Shown here piece after piece: positions 9,444-19,108 of a stretch of DNA of 64,000 nucleotides; the stretch's first letter is position 1, and every line of letters starts with the position of its first letter. This DNA comes from Bacteroidales bacterium. GTDB taxonomy: Bacteria; Bacteroidota; Bacteroidia; Bacteroidales; Azobacteroidaceae. A program made the translations under genes and the position numbers. The stretch is taken from positions 846-64,845 of the forward strand of contig JAVBLQ010000033.1 in the NCBI GenBank assembly GCA_031553435.1, written 5' to 3'. The notes beneath the pieces were generated by a model. The model was not told the DNA's origin. It searched no databases and saw nothing but the letters and a program-made list of their open reading frames with translations.

Positions 9444-10205
9444 CTACTCGACGCCGGCTAACTGCGGGTCAATCATAATCCTGCCGCAGTGTTCGCAAAC
9501 GATAATTTTTTTACGGAGTTTGATATCCATTTGTCTTTGTGGTGGAATTTTATTGAAACAACCGCCACAAGCATCACGTTGAATATAAGCAATGGCCAAA
9601 CCGTTTCTTGCACTTTTACGGATACGTTTGAATGCTGCAAGTAAACGAGGTTCAACAGATGCTTCCAATTGTTTTGCTTTTTCACGAAGTTGTTCTTCTT
9701 GTTGTTTTGTTTCCGCCACAATTTCGTCCAATTCGTCTTTTTTGGACTCAAGGTCTATTTTTCTTTCTGCCAGATTATGTTTACTTTTCTCAATCTCTTC
9801 AGTGATTGATTTCATATCGGCAGTGAATTCGCGAATTCTTTTTTCGGCCAATTCAATCTCCAAACCCTGAAACTCAACTTCTTTTGTCAAAGTATCGAAT
9901 TCACGGTTATTGCGAACATTATCTAATTGCTCTTTATATCTGGAAATTAAATGATTAGATTCTGTAATTTTTATTTTCTGCTGGCCAATGGCAAATTCCA
10001 CATCTTTCAATTCAGCCTGAAAATTCTGGATACGGGTGTCCAAACCTGCAACTTCGTCTTCAAGATCTTGCACTTCCAAAGGAAGCTCACCTCTCAAAGT
10101 TTTGATTTTATCGATCTCTGATAACATCATTTGAAGTTGGTATAATGCACTGAGTTTTTCTTCAACAGTTAAATCTTTTTCAACCGGTTGTTTTTCTGTA
10201 GCCAT
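9444..10205 (-). CDS. coiled-coil zinc-ribbon protein (COG1579-like)
   Basis: 253 aa. Long heptad-rich coiled coil, then C-terminal CGGC...CEHCGRI zinc ribbon. Sits in the usual position next to a NIF3 gene. Confidence 0.7.
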   Translation of the reverse strand: MATEKQPVEKDLTVEEKLSALYQLQMMLSEIDKIKTLRGELPLEVQDLEDEVAGLDTRIQNFQAELKDVEFAIGQQKIKITESNHLISRYKEQLDNVRNNREFDTLTKEVEFQGLEIELAEKRIREFTADMKSITEEIEKSKHNLAERKIDLESKKDELDEIVAETKQQEEQLREKAKQLEASVEPRLLAAFKRIRKSARNGLAIAYIQRDACGGCFNKIPPQRQMDIKLRKKIIVCEHCGRIMIDPQLAGVE

Positions 10206-10210
10206 ATATC

Positions 10211-11308
10211 TTATATTAAATAATTTACTGGGTTTGAATTTGTATCTGAAAAATGGATCGCAAAGTTAGGTATTTTTTTTGTAATTATTTCAAAAAAGAT
10301 TTCTTTTGTAAATATTTCGGATTCATAATGACCGATTGTCGCCAAAAGAATATTTTTTTCAACATCATAAAAATCATTGTATTTTGCTTCTCCGGTAATA
10401 AAAACATCGGCTTTTTGTCTGATGGCTTCCGGATAGAGGAACGATCCGCTACCTCCGCAAATGGCAATCTTCCGTATTTTTTTATTTCGTAAGGCTGAAT
10501 GTTGAATACATTTCAGGTTCAATATATTTTTCAATTTCTGAAGAAAATCCATCTCATTTTCTTCAACAGGCAATTCTCCGATAATTCCGGAACCGACCTT
10601 ATTCCACGTATTTTCAAGTGCATAAATATCATAAGCCGGTTCTTCATAAGGATGTGATGACAAAAGAGCCCGAACCACTGTATTTTTTTTATAAACAGGC
10701 AAAATGATTTCGATACGGGTTTCTCTTTCAAAATGTAAATCACCGGTTGCACCACAAAAAGGATTCGCATTTTTTCCTGCACGGAAAGAACCTTCACCTT
10801 CCAGATTGTAAGAACAAGAGTCGTAATCACCAATTTGTCCGGCTCCGGCTTCAAATAATGCACTGCGTACTTGTTCAGCTTGTGCGATAGGAACAAACGT
10901 AACCAGTTTCAACAGAGCATCTTTCTGAGGCATCAGAACTCTGGTATTTTGCAAACCTATTTTTTCTGCAATTTTAAAACTAACTCCATCGAATGCGTTA
11001 TCCAGGTTGGTATGAGCTGAGTAAATCGCAATCTGATGCTGGCAGGCTTTGATAATACAACGCTCAATATAGTTTTTTCCAATCAATGATTTAACCGGCT
11101 TGAAAAGAACAGGATGATGAGAAATAATCAGATTACAGGATAACTTAATAGCTTCATCAATAACACTTTCAGTAACATCCAGACAAAGTAATAGGCCGGA
11201 AATTTCCTGATCTGCATTTCCCACTTGCAAGCCGGAATTATCATAATTCTCCTGCAAGGATAGTGGAGCAAATTCTTCGATGATTGATGTTATTTCTTTG
11301 ATTTTCAT
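10211..11308 (-). CDS. Nif3-like dinuclear metal center protein
   Basis: 365 aa. NIF3 family blocks NYDNSGLQVG, IISHHP and GHYESE. Confidence 0.8.
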   Translation of the reverse strand: MKIKEITSIIEEFAPLSLQENYDNSGLQVGNADQEISGLLLCLDVTESVIDEAIKLSCNLIISHHPVLFKPVKSLIGKNYIERCIIKACQHQIAIYSAHTNLDNAFDGVSFKIAEKIGLQNTRVLMPQKDALLKLVTFVPIAQAEQVRSALFEAGAGQIGDYDSCSYNLEGEGSFRAGKNANPFCGATGDLHFERETRIEIILPVYKKNTVVRALLSSHPYEEPAYDIYALENTWNKVGSGIIGELPVEENEMDFLQKLKNILNLKCIQHSALRNKKIRKIAICGGSGSFLYPEAIRQKADVFITGEAKYNDFYDVEKNILLATIGHYESEIFTKEIFFEIITKKIPNFAIHFSDTNSNPVNYLI

Positions 11309-11311
11309 GAT

Positions 11312-11452
11312 GGTTACGAGTTACGAGTTACAAGTTACAAGTTACGAGTTACAAGTTACGGGTTACGGGTTACGAGTTACAGAAATTGAGTTTGGATCGT
11401 CACTCGTCACTTGTAATTTATCACTTGTAACCCGTGACTTGTCACTCGTAAC
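11312..11452. repeat. intergenic hairpin element, GTTACRR heptamer family
   Basis: Left arm 11312-11382 is about 10 tandem GTTACGA/GTTACAA/GTTACGG heptamers. Right arm 11399-11452 is tandem YYGTRAC heptamers. Loop is aaattgagtttggatc. Begins 4 nt from the NIF3 start and overlaps the last ~30 codons of the phoH ORF. Confidence 0.85.
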
Positions 11453-12385
11453 TTTATCAAACTTTTCATATGCTTCCACAATCCGTTGAACCAGTTTATG
11501 GCGGACAATATCTTTTTTCGTGAATTCTACTTTTCCGATCCCTTCTACATTTTTCAAAATATACATGGCTTGTATCAAACCTGATTTTTGGGTGGGAGGA
11601 AGATCGATTTGAGTAATATCTCCGGTAACAATCATTTTAGCATTCAATCCCAAACGGGTAAGAAACATTTTGATTTGGTGAACTGTTGTATTTTGTGCTT
11701 CATCCAAAATAATAACCGCATCATTCAATGTCCTTCCACGCATGTATGCAAGCGGAGCAATTTGAATGATGTTGTTTTCCATATGTTCTTTTAATTTCGC
11801 TGCCGGGATCATATCCTGCAAAGCATCATACAATGGTTGAAGGTAGGGGTCCAGCTTATCCTTTGTATCTCCGGGAAGAAAACCCAGCTTTTCTCCTGCT
11901 TCAACAGCCGGGCGACTTAAAATAATTTTTTTGACTTCTTTGTTTTTCAATGCTTTGACAGCCAATGCAATTGCCGTATAGGTCTTACCTGAACCGGCAG
12001 GGCCGATAGCAAATATCAAGTCATTCTTATCGAACTCCTTCACTAATTTTTGTTGATTTTCTGTTCGTGCAAGGATTGCCTTACCATTCATTCCGTGAAT
12101 AATAAGATTATCCTGATTAACAGTTAAGGGTGCTTTGCCTTTAACGATATCAATGATACTTTCTTCTGTCAGCAAATTATATTCAAGACAATATTTTTCA
12201 AGTTCTTTGATTTTTTCTTCGAAGGTTAGTAAATCGGTATCATCGCCGATCACTTTCATTACATTTCCTCTGGCAACAATTCTCAGTTTTGGGAACAATG
12301 ACCTGATTAATTGAAAATTAACATTGTTAATTCCGAAAAAGATAACAGGGTCAACGCTATCTATAATAATTATTCGTTCTATCAT
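11363..12385 (-). CDS. phoH: PhoH-family ATPase
   Basis: Walker A GPAGSGKT and Walker B ILDEAQN. The C-terminal ~30 aa ([29 protein letters not shown]) are translated from the heptamer hairpin. Confidence 0.85.
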   Translation of the reverse strand: MIERIIIIDSVDPVIFFGINNVNFQLIRSLFPKLRIVARGNVMKVIGDDTDLLTFEEKIKELEKYCLEYNLLTEESIIDIVKGKAPLTVNQDNLIIHGMNGKAILARTENQQKLVKEFDKNDLIFAIGPAGSGKTYTAIALAVKALKNKEVKKIILSRPAVEAGEKLGFLPGDTKDKLDPYLQPLYDALQDMIPAAKLKEHMENNIIQIAPLAYMRGRTLNDAVIILDEAQNTTVHQIKMFLTRLGLNAKMIVTGDITQIDLPPTQKSGLIQAMYILKNVEGIGKVEFTKKDIVRHKLVQRIVEAYEKFDKVTSDKSRVTSDKLQVTSDDPNSISVTRNP

Positions 12386-12446
12386 TCAAAATTTCATTAT
12401 ACTAAAACACAAAAGTAGTAATTTATTTCATAATTTTGTATCCCAA

Positions 12447-13208
12447 ATGCAACGCTATTTCATCTATTTAAGTTATAACGGGAAAAATTATTGTGGTTGG
12501 CAAAATCAACCGAATGGTATCTCCGTACAAGAAAAAATAGAAGAAGCATTGTCAACTATCCTGAGAGAAAAAAAATCCATTACCGGAGCCGGACGCACTG
12601 ATGCCGGTGTCCACGCACTTCTGATGATCGCTCATTTTGATTGGGAAAAAGAAGATCTGAATTGCATTCAGCTTACGGAAAAATTAAACCGGATATTACC
12701 ACGGGATATTGCTATTTCAAAAATAATTCCGGTTCAACCGGATGCACATGCAAGGTTTGATGCAACTTCCCGTACTTATAAATATTATATTACAAAAGAA
12801 AAAGATCCGTTCAGAAATGATTTTACATATAAAATACATGGAGAATTGGATATTGAATTAATGAACCGGGCAGCTTCCATCCTGTTTGAATACACTGATT
12901 TCACTAGTTTCAGCAAATTACACACTGATGTTAAGACAAACAATTGTAAGATTATGGAGGTTCGTTGGGAATATCTGAACAACGAATATGTTTTCACAAT
13001 CAAAGCCGACCGTTTTCTCCGGAATATGGTGAGAGCCATAGTCGGAACATTATTAGATGTTGGGCGAGGCAAACTTTCAATCGAAGGTTTCAAACAAATC
13101 ATAGAGACGAAAGATCGTTGTAGAGCCGGAACTTCTGTTCCCGGAAACGCCTTGTTTTTAGTCGATGTATCTTACCCCGAATATCTTTTTCAACCAAATA
13201 ATTCTTAA
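12447..13208 (+). CDS. truA: tRNA pseudouridine(38-40) synthase
   Basis: [20 protein letters not shown]-terminus, catalytic [11 protein letters not shown] block and RFLRNMVR block. The ORF track start 12324 overlaps phoH and is rejected in favour of the ATG at 12447. Confidence 0.9.
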   Translation: MQRYFIYLSYNGKNYCGWQNQPNGISVQEKIEEALSTILREKKSITGAGRTDAGVHALLMIAHFDWEKEDLNCIQLTEKLNRILPRDIAISKIIPVQPDAHARFDATSRTYKYYITKEKDPFRNDFTYKIHGELDIELMNRAASILFEYTDFTSFSKLHTDVKTNNCKIMEVRWEYLNNEYVFTIKADRFLRNMVRAIVGTLLDVGRGKLSIEGFKQIIETKDRCRAGTSVPGNALFLVDVSYPEYLFQPNNS

Positions 13209-13229
13209 CTTTTAATTTTTCACTTCAAT

Positions 13230-14129
13230 ATGTGGTTAAGTTTAGCATTTTTATCCGCTTTTTTATTAGGGATTTACGAAGTTTCCAAAAAAGTTTCTTT
13301 AAATAACAATGCTGTCATTCCGGTATTATTTCTGAATACATTTTTCAGCAGTCTTATATTTGTTCCGTTTGTAGTTATTTCTTTTTGTAAACCGGAATTA
13401 TTGGAAGGAACTCTATTTTTCGTCCCCAAAATGCCATTAAATGTTCATGGATATATTCTCATCAAATCATTTATCGTTCTCTCTTCCTGGCTGTTTGCTT
13501 ACTTTGCCACCAAACATCTTCCTTTAACCATCATCGGCCCGATCAAAGCAACTCAACCGGTCATGGTATTGATAGGCGCTTTATTGATATTCGGAGAAAG
13601 ATTAAATTTATACCAATGGACCGGGGTTATTTTATCGATTTTATCTTTTTATTTACTTTCAGTTACAGGAAAAAAAGAAGGAATCAATTTTAAGAATGAT
13701 AAATGGATCATTTTCCTTGTACTATCTGTGATTACAGGTGCGACCAGTGGTTTGTACGACAAGTATCTGATGAAGCAGTTCGACGTAATGACAGTGCAGG
13801 TTTGGTACAATTTTTATCAGTTTCTGATCATGATTCCGGTTTTGCTTTTTCTTTGGTATCCGATGCGGAAAAAGACAACTTCGTTTGATTGGCGTTGGTC
13901 GATTCTTCTTATATCTGTTTTTCTGACCATTGCTGATTTTGTTTATTTTTACGCATTATCTTTCCCTGACTCAATGATTTCCATTGTTTCCATGATCAGA
14001 AGGAGTAATGTGATTGTAACTTTTATTGCAGGAGCTTTGTTTTATAGGGAAAAGAATTTGAAAAGTAAAGCATTTGATCTGTTTCTGGTGCTGTTAGGGA
14101 TGTTTTTCTTATATTTAGGGACGAAATAA
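13230..14129 (+). CDS. EamA/DMT-family membrane transporter
   Basis: 299 aa, about 10 hydrophobic helices in two halves. Typical drug/metabolite transporter architecture. Confidence 0.65.
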   Translation: MWLSLAFLSAFLLGIYEVSKKVSLNNNAVIPVLFLNTFFSSLIFVPFVVISFCKPELLEGTLFFVPKMPLNVHGYILIKSFIVLSSWLFAYFATKHLPLTIIGPIKATQPVMVLIGALLIFGERLNLYQWTGVILSILSFYLLSVTGKKEGINFKNDKWIIFLVLSVITGATSGLYDKYLMKQFDVMTVQVWYNFYQFLIMIPVLLFLWYPMRKKTTSFDWRWSILLISVFLTIADFVYFYALSFPDSMISIVSMIRRSNVIVTFIAGALFYREKNLKSKAFDLFLVLLGMFFLYLGTK

Positions 14130-14159
14130 CGAAGGATGCTAAGGGTAAATTATTTTTCA

Positions 14160-14167
14160 TATCTTTG
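14160..14167 (+). promoter_or_regulatory. candidate -7 promoter box TATCTTTG
   Basis: TAnnTTTG match 47 nt upstream of the 14214 start. Confidence 0.35.
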
Positions 14168-14213
14168 TAGCAAATCAAGCAATTAGAACACAAACAGTAT
14201 AAAGCATTTTATT

Positions 14214-14462
14214 ATGAAACACATGAGTTTAGATAATATCTACAATGAAATAATGCTTTTGTCGGATGCTGACCGGAAGAAATTATACAACCGGATGAAA
14301 AAAGAATTTAATCCGGATAGAGAGATTGTTGCATATACAACAGTTGGTAAGTCTCTTACAAAGAAAGAATATGTTGAAAAGATTGAAAGGGCTATTGCAG
14401 AGGCTGACAAAGGCAAACTAATTTCGGATGAAGAATTAGAAAAAGAGATTGCAACGTGGTAA
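14214..14462 (+). CDS. putative type II antitoxin
   Basis: 82-aa acidic/basic helical ORF whose stop overlaps the GTG start of a ParE/RelE-like reading frame by 7 nt. This is classic toxin-antitoxin operon geometry. Confidence 0.5.
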   Translation: MKHMSLDNIYNEIMLLSDADRKKLYNRMKKEFNPDREIVAYTTVGKSLTKKEYVEKIERAIAEADKGKLISDEELEKEIATW

Positions 14463-14708
14463 AACATACAGTTCGCTGGTCTGAAGAATCAAAAATAGAT
14501 TTAAAAGAAATTTTTGAATACATCAAAAAAGTAGAAAGCCGAAATCGTGCAAAGCATGTTGTTTCAGGTATCAGAGATGCAGGAAAATGGTTCAGTTCGA
14601 TATGCTGTAAAATGGAGTTACAAAATATCATACACTACAGATGAAAAATGTGTGAATATTGTCCGCGTATTCCATACCTCGCAAAGTTCTGAGAAAATTA
14701 ATTTATGA
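14456..14708 (+). pseudogene. RelE/ParE-family toxin, disrupted by frameshift or internal deletion
   Basis: Frame A (14456-14644) gives VKHTVRWSEESKIDLKEIFEYIKK...AKHVVSGI, a ParE-like N-terminus. The +1 frame gives ...VRYAVKWSYKISYTTDEKCVNIVRVFHTSQSSEKINL with stop at 14706-14708, a ParE-like C-terminus. The central segment is missing or shifted. Confidence 0.55.
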
Positions 14709-14715
14709 AAATTCA

Positions 14716-15348
14716 ATGAAAAAAATAAGTTTATTCATCATCAGCATCCTCTCATTCCTATCTGTCAATGCACAACAGGAAATTGCAGCCTATTTTGCAT
14801 CCATGCCGGATGAATTGATGCCTTTACTGGAAATAAACCGGAGAAAAGACCTGATTGATTTATACAACAATAACAAAGAAGCCCGGATAGAAAATTCCCT
14901 GAAAGATATTACTTCCATTGAGACGCTGAAAGATAATTATATATTACTTCTTTCTGATTCGTCAAGAACCGATATCGCTTTATTGCCAATGGTAAATGAC
15001 TCCTATATTATTTGTATGATCAATACCGTATGCGGGCCTGTATGTGACAGTGAAATAAGATTTTTCACCACGGAATGGAAACTTTTACAAAAAGATATAT
15101 TTCTATCACCTGCTGACAGTGAATGGTTTATCAAAAAAGATGCTGATAAAACAAGTAATGAGTTCATCTATCTTTCATCTCTTTTGGACATGGACCTGAT
15201 GCAATATCAGATTGACCCGGACAAGTTGGAGTTGCTGCAAAAATATAATACACCTTTATATCTGAATAAAAGCGACCGGGAAAAATTGCAACCTTTTTTG
15301 AAAGAAGAACCTAAAATTTATCAATGGAATAAAATGAGATTCCAATAA
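14716..15348 (+). CDS. secreted protein, DUF3256-like
   Basis: MKKISLFIISILSFLSVNAQ signal peptide. FASMPDELMPLLEINRRKDLIDLY resembles DUF3256 proteins of Bacteroidales. The ORF track start 14659 overlaps the toxin remnant. Confidence 0.5.
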   Translation: MKKISLFIISILSFLSVNAQQEIAAYFASMPDELMPLLEINRRKDLIDLYNNNKEARIENSLKDITSIETLKDNYILLLSDSSRTDIALLPMVNDSYIICMINTVCGPVCDSEIRFFTTEWKLLQKDIFLSPADSEWFIKKDADKTSNEFIYLSSLLDMDLMQYQIDPDKLELLQKYNTPLYLNKSDREKLQPFLKEEPKIYQWNKMRFQ

Positions 15349-15353
15349 CAATT

Positions 15354-16583
15354 TTACCATCCGCCGCGAGCGCCACCACCACCGGTGCGTCCACCGCCCC
15401 AGGAACCGCCGCCACCTCCACCGCCGAAACTGCCTCCTCTTCCGGAAGACGAACTGCTGATACGAGGAATCGTATATCTTTTTGTTATACCATAATGGCA
15501 ATTTTTGCAGGAATACACTCTTTCACCCATTCCGGATGAAACAGTTGTTGCACGGGATATTATCCTGTCCTGAACAATTGTATATGTTTTGGCTTGACAT
15601 TGAGGACAAGCCGAGTAAGAAGAAAGCATCTTGTTGTAAGGATAGATTTCCGTTTTTCCGCAATGTCCGCAAAACCAAACATCATAATCTACAGAACCAA
15701 CTGTTTCTTCGGTTTGTTGTGACTTTGTCAGATAAACATCCTCTTCTACCTCACTTAATTTTTTCATCATATTTCCACATGAAGGACAAGGAAACGGATT
15801 GTTTCTCAATGCTTTTCGTTTCCGGAAATAAAAAATGGCATAAATAATCATCAAAAGCGGAAATAAGATCGCTCCAATAATTACAAAAGCCCTTCCATTA
15901 TTCAGCAATGAATATTTTTTATAATTATTTTTTGAAGAATTCAAGACAGATAATAAAAAAACAAGGAATAAGAGGAATACAACTACTGTAATTCCAAGAT
16001 AGCCAATACTATATTTTTTCAAATCTTCCATTTGACGGTTGTCGGTAGCTTTAATTTCTTCAACAGCATTTGTATCAAGCAAGTAACTGGAAATTTTTTC
16101 CATGCCATTAATTATTCCACTGTCAAAATCTCCTTGTTTCAGATACGGACTGATATCATTTCTGATGATTTGTCCCAAGACGATATCCGGCAAAACGCCT
16201 TCCAATCCATATCCGGTACGAAAAACCATCTGTTTCTGATCATAAACCAATAAGAAAAGTAAACCGTTGTCTTTTTCTCTTTTTCCAATTCCCCATTTAG
16301 TAAAAAGATCTGTTGCAAAACTATCAATATCTTTTGATCCTATTGAATTGATTAATACAACGGCTATTTCAACAGTTGCCGAATCTCTGATTGATGCAAT
16401 GATTGAATTGACTCTATATTCAGCTTCGGAAGATATGATTCCATCCGGATTGGTCACAAAATCGGTCGCATCCTGCAATTGGTCATTGGGTACTGTTTCT
16501 ACAGTATATAGTTTTCCGGATCTTGCTGATTGCAAGGTAGTTACAAGTAAACTTAGAAAAAAGATGAATAATATTTTTTTCAT
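15354..16583 (-). CDS. TPM-domain membrane protein with double zinc ribbon and Gly-rich tail
   Basis: Signal peptide, TPM/YgcG-like domain (GLLFLLVYDQKQMVFRTGYGLEG), two TM helices, four CxxC pairs (CPSC, CGHC, CPQC, CKNC), and tail GRGGSFGGGGGGGSWGGGRTGGGGARGGW. Confidence 0.7.
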   Translation of the reverse strand: MKKILFIFFLSLLVTTLQSARSGKLYTVETVPNDQLQDATDFVTNPDGIISSEAEYRVNSIIASIRDSATVEIAVVLINSIGSKDIDSFATDLFTKWGIGKREKDNGLLFLLVYDQKQMVFRTGYGLEGVLPDIVLGQIIRNDISPYLKQGDFDSGIINGMEKISSYLLDTNAVEEIKATDNRQMEDLKKYSIGYLGITVVVFLLFLVFLLSVLNSSKNNYKKYSLLNNGRAFVIIGAILFPLLMIIYAIFYFRKRKALRNNPFPCPSCGNMMKKLSEVEEDVYLTKSQQTEETVGSVDYDVWFCGHCGKTEIYPYNKMLSSYSACPQCQAKTYTIVQDRIISRATTVSSGMGERVYSCKNCHYGITKRYTIPRISSSSSGRGGSFGGGGGGGSWGGGRTGGGGARGGW

Positions 16584-16600
16584 AGATAAATTACAATTTC

Positions 16601-16627
16601 AAAATGTATTTCGCAAAGATACATTTT
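16601..16627 (-). terminator. small hairpin directly after the dgt stop
   Basis: aaaatgta / tacatttt 8-bp stem around the 11-nt loop tttcgcaaaga. Begins 1 nt after the dgt stop. No long U-tract. Confidence 0.3.
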
Positions 16628-17956
16628 TTACAACGCAGGCAAATTCATTCCAGTAATTTTTCTGTATAAATCCAATGCATACACATCAGTCATCCCTGAA
16701 ACATAGTCAATTATAGATTGTACCTGACCATAAGTGGTCGATGTGTCAAATTCATATTGTTCAGGAATTCTTCTTAATAATAAATCGGAATATACTTTGG
16801 ACGGAGATTGCGTTGCTTCAATCAAAGTATCTAACAAAAAACCGATGATACGATAACCGGCCAGTTCAATATCCAATACATCCTTCGAACGATAAATTTT
16901 TTTGTATGCTGTCCGGGAACATTGTTCATATGCTTTTTTAGGTATTTCACTGATACATTTAATCAATGATCCTTCAAAAGTTCCCTGCAAAATAGATCGT
17001 TCGTTTTCCAAAAACACCCGGCTACATCCATCGATCAACAAACCTATAACCGAGGAACGAAGGTATGCTATTTTTTCATTGATATCATTAACAAAAGACA
17101 TTACCTGTTGGATATGTTCTTTTTTCTTTTCTCCGAAAAAACCAAGAAAGAGATGAATAGTTTCTTCTGTTGACAAAAGTTTAAGTTTGTGTGCATCTTC
17201 CAGATCCATCACCTGATAACAAATATCATCGGCAGCTTCCACCAGATAGACCAAGGGATATCGCACAAAACGTAAAGGGTTATCGGATAAACAAATAAGG
17301 CCTAACTCTATAGCTATTTTACGATAATCATCCTCTTCGGAAGCAAAAAAACCGAATTTACCCTTCTTACCACAAAGTTCTGACGAATAAGGATATTTGA
17401 CGATGGATGCCAATGTAGAATAAGTCATGGCAAATCCGCCTTTTCTCCGGCCTTTGAATTGATGTGTTAACAAACGGATGGAATTGGCATTCCCTTCAAA
17501 ATGAACGAAATCGGTATATCTGGCTCCTTCCTCTTTTAATTTATCCAATAAATTTTTTCCTTTTCCTTCGGAAAAAAAAGTAGCAATTGCCTGTTCTCCG
17601 GAATGTCCGAAAGGAGGATTTCCCAGATCATGAGCCAGACATGCAGCCGAAACTATAGCTCCCATTTCCAGAAAAGGAGCATCCACAGACGGATTTTGCC
17701 TGAATAATTCGCGACCGATTTTGTCTCCCAATGAACGTCCCACACATGCAACTTCTAAACTATGAGTCAATCTGTTATGAACAAATATACTCCCCGGAAG
17801 CGGAAATACCTGTGTTTTATTCTGCAATCGCCGGAAAGGAGATGAAAAGATCAAACGATCATAATCCCGTTGAAAATCAGTTCGATCATGTTTTCTTATG
17901 TCATGATATTCTTCCATTCCGAATCGCTTAGAAGAAAGAAGTTGTTGCCAGTTCAT
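16628..17956 (-). CDS. dgt: dGTP triphosphohydrolase (HD domain)
   Basis: 442 aa. Blocks RTDFQRDYDRLIFSSPFRRLQNKTQV, HNRLTHSLEV and HDLGNPPFGH are typical of Dgt-family dNTPases. Confidence 0.85.
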   Translation of the reverse strand: MNWQQLLSSKRFGMEEYHDIRKHDRTDFQRDYDRLIFSSPFRRLQNKTQVFPLPGSIFVHNRLTHSLEVACVGRSLGDKIGRELFRQNPSVDAPFLEMGAIVSAACLAHDLGNPPFGHSGEQAIATFFSEGKGKNLLDKLKEEGARYTDFVHFEGNANSIRLLTHQFKGRRKGGFAMTYSTLASIVKYPYSSELCGKKGKFGFFASEEDDYRKIAIELGLICLSDNPLRFVRYPLVYLVEAADDICYQVMDLEDAHKLKLLSTEETIHLFLGFFGEKKKEHIQQVMSFVNDINEKIAYLRSSVIGLLIDGCSRVFLENERSILQGTFEGSLIKCISEIPKKAYEQCSRTAYKKIYRSKDVLDIELAGYRIIGFLLDTLIEATQSPSKVYSDLLLRRIPEQYEFDTSTTYGQVQSIIDYVSGMTDVYALDLYRKITGMNLPAL

Positions 17957-18003
17957 ATTATCAAATGCTTATTAATCATCAACAAAGATACTATGATTTC
18001 TTT

Positions 18004-18068
18004 AATTGAAAATGGACAATTGAAAATGAGAAGTGATTTTCGTGCGCAAGCAATCATTTTCCATTTTG
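18004..18068. repeat. intergenic hairpin element, GAAAATG word family, loop GCTTGCGCAC (minus strand)
   Basis: aattgaaaatggacaattgaaaatgag...cgtgcgcaagca...atcattttccattttg. The reverse complement aligns with the element at 47-121, including the identical 10-mer at 18042-18051. Lies in the divergent region between dgt and cbpA. Confidence 0.75.
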
Positions 18069-18125
18069 TGAACGTTTATGGCGTTCAAACGTTATACCTT
18101 TATAGGGTTCAAACGAAAAAATGTT

Positions 18126-19016
18126 ATGGCTTTTATAGATTACTATCAGGTTTTAGGTATCGATAAATCTGCTTCTGCCGATGATATTAAGAAAGCTTAC
18201 AGAAAGTTGGCCAGAAAGTACCATCCGGATATGAATCCGAATGATGTGGAAGCGCATCGAAAATTCCAACAAATCAATGAGGCGAACGAGGTTCTAAGCG
18301 ATCCGGAAAAACGTAAAAAGTATGATGGATACGGTGAAAACTGGAAACATGCCGAAGAGTATGAGCAAGCTCGTAAACAACAATCACAACAAGGTGGTTT
18401 CTGGTCGTCATCCCAGGGATTTTCAGGTGCAGATGAAGGTGAATTTTCTGATTTCTTTGAAACGCTTTTCGGTAATAGGAGGGGTGGTCAGAGAAGCAGA
18501 GGTTTCAGAGGACAGGATTATAATGCCGAATTACATCTGACATTAAGAGATGCAGCTCAAACGCACAAACAAACATTAAGCGTTAATGGAAAAAATATTC
18601 GTATTACCGTACCTGCCGGGATTGCTGATGGACAAGTAATTAAGCTTGCCGGACAAGGTGGCCCGGGCGTTAATGGAGGTCCAGCCGGTGATTTATATAT
18701 CACTTTTGTTATTGAGAATGATCCTGATTTTAAACGGATGGGTGATGATTTACTTACAACAGCAACCATTGACCTATATACCGCTGTTTTAGGTGGAGAA
18801 AAAACAATCGATACATTGTCAGGCCAGGTGAAAATAAAGATAAATCCTGAAACCCAGAATAATACAAAAATCCGTTTGAAGGGCAAAGGTTTTCCTGTGT
18901 ACAAAAAAGAAGGTGAATCCGGTGATCTGATAGTGACTCTGTCCGTACAGATTCCAACCAATCTCACTCAAAGGCAGAAGGATTTATTTCAACAATTGTC
19001 AGGACTTAATAATTGA
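18126..19016 (+). CDS. cbpA: DnaJ-class co-chaperone without zinc finger (CbpA-like)
   Basis: J domain [12 protein letters not shown]...KYHPDMNP, a G/F-rich linker, C-terminal DnaJ substrate-binding domains, and no CxxCxGxG repeats. Confidence 0.8.
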   Translation: MAFIDYYQVLGIDKSASADDIKKAYRKLARKYHPDMNPNDVEAHRKFQQINEANEVLSDPEKRKKYDGYGENWKHAEEYEQARKQQSQQGGFWSSSQGFSGADEGEFSDFFETLFGNRRGGQRSRGFRGQDYNAELHLTLRDAAQTHKQTLSVNGKNIRITVPAGIADGQVIKLAGQGGPGVNGGPAGDLYITFVIENDPDFKRMGDDLLTTATIDLYTAVLGGEKTIDTLSGQVKIKINPETQNNTKIRLKGKGFPVYKKEGESGDLIVTLSVQIPTNLTQRQKDLFQQLSGLNN

Positions 19017-19044
19017 GTTGAAGTCTTAAATTAAGAAATCGATG

Positions 19045-19082
19045 TGAACATTTTTTGGTACGCGGTGCACCCAAAACATTCA
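19045..19082. repeat. minimal 38-nt version of the GTGCACC-family element
   Basis: tgaacattttttgg-tacgc-ggtgcac-ccaaaacattca. It shares both termini (TGAACAyTTTTGG / CCAAAACATTCA) with the 125-nt element at 60631-60755 but carries a single GTGCAC word. Confidence 0.55.
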
Positions 19083-19108
19083 TATCGGTCACAATAAAAA
19101 GCATAATT

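Noticed and set aside
11312-11452. CRISPR array (also considered for 58394-58454 and the other word arrays)
   Set aside because: The repeat units are 6-21 nt and directly abutting, with no unique spacers. The arrays come as complementary arm pairs, and no cas genes are present. This is not CRISPR.
11280-11489. 69-aa ORF reading [25 protein letters not shown]
   Set aside because: It is a translation of the GTTACRR heptamer hairpin and is purely repeat-encoded.
15256-15501. 81-aa Arg/Trp-rich minus-strand ORF
   Set aside because: It is an alternative frame of the Gly-rich (GGN repeat) C-terminal tail of the TPM protein, a compositional artefact.
16628-17956. dGTPase as an anti-phage nucleotide-depletion defence gene
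   Set aside because: Its size, motifs and housekeeping neighbourhood fit the core Dgt found in most Bacteroidota. No defence-island context is present (no other defence, mobile or integrase genes nearby).
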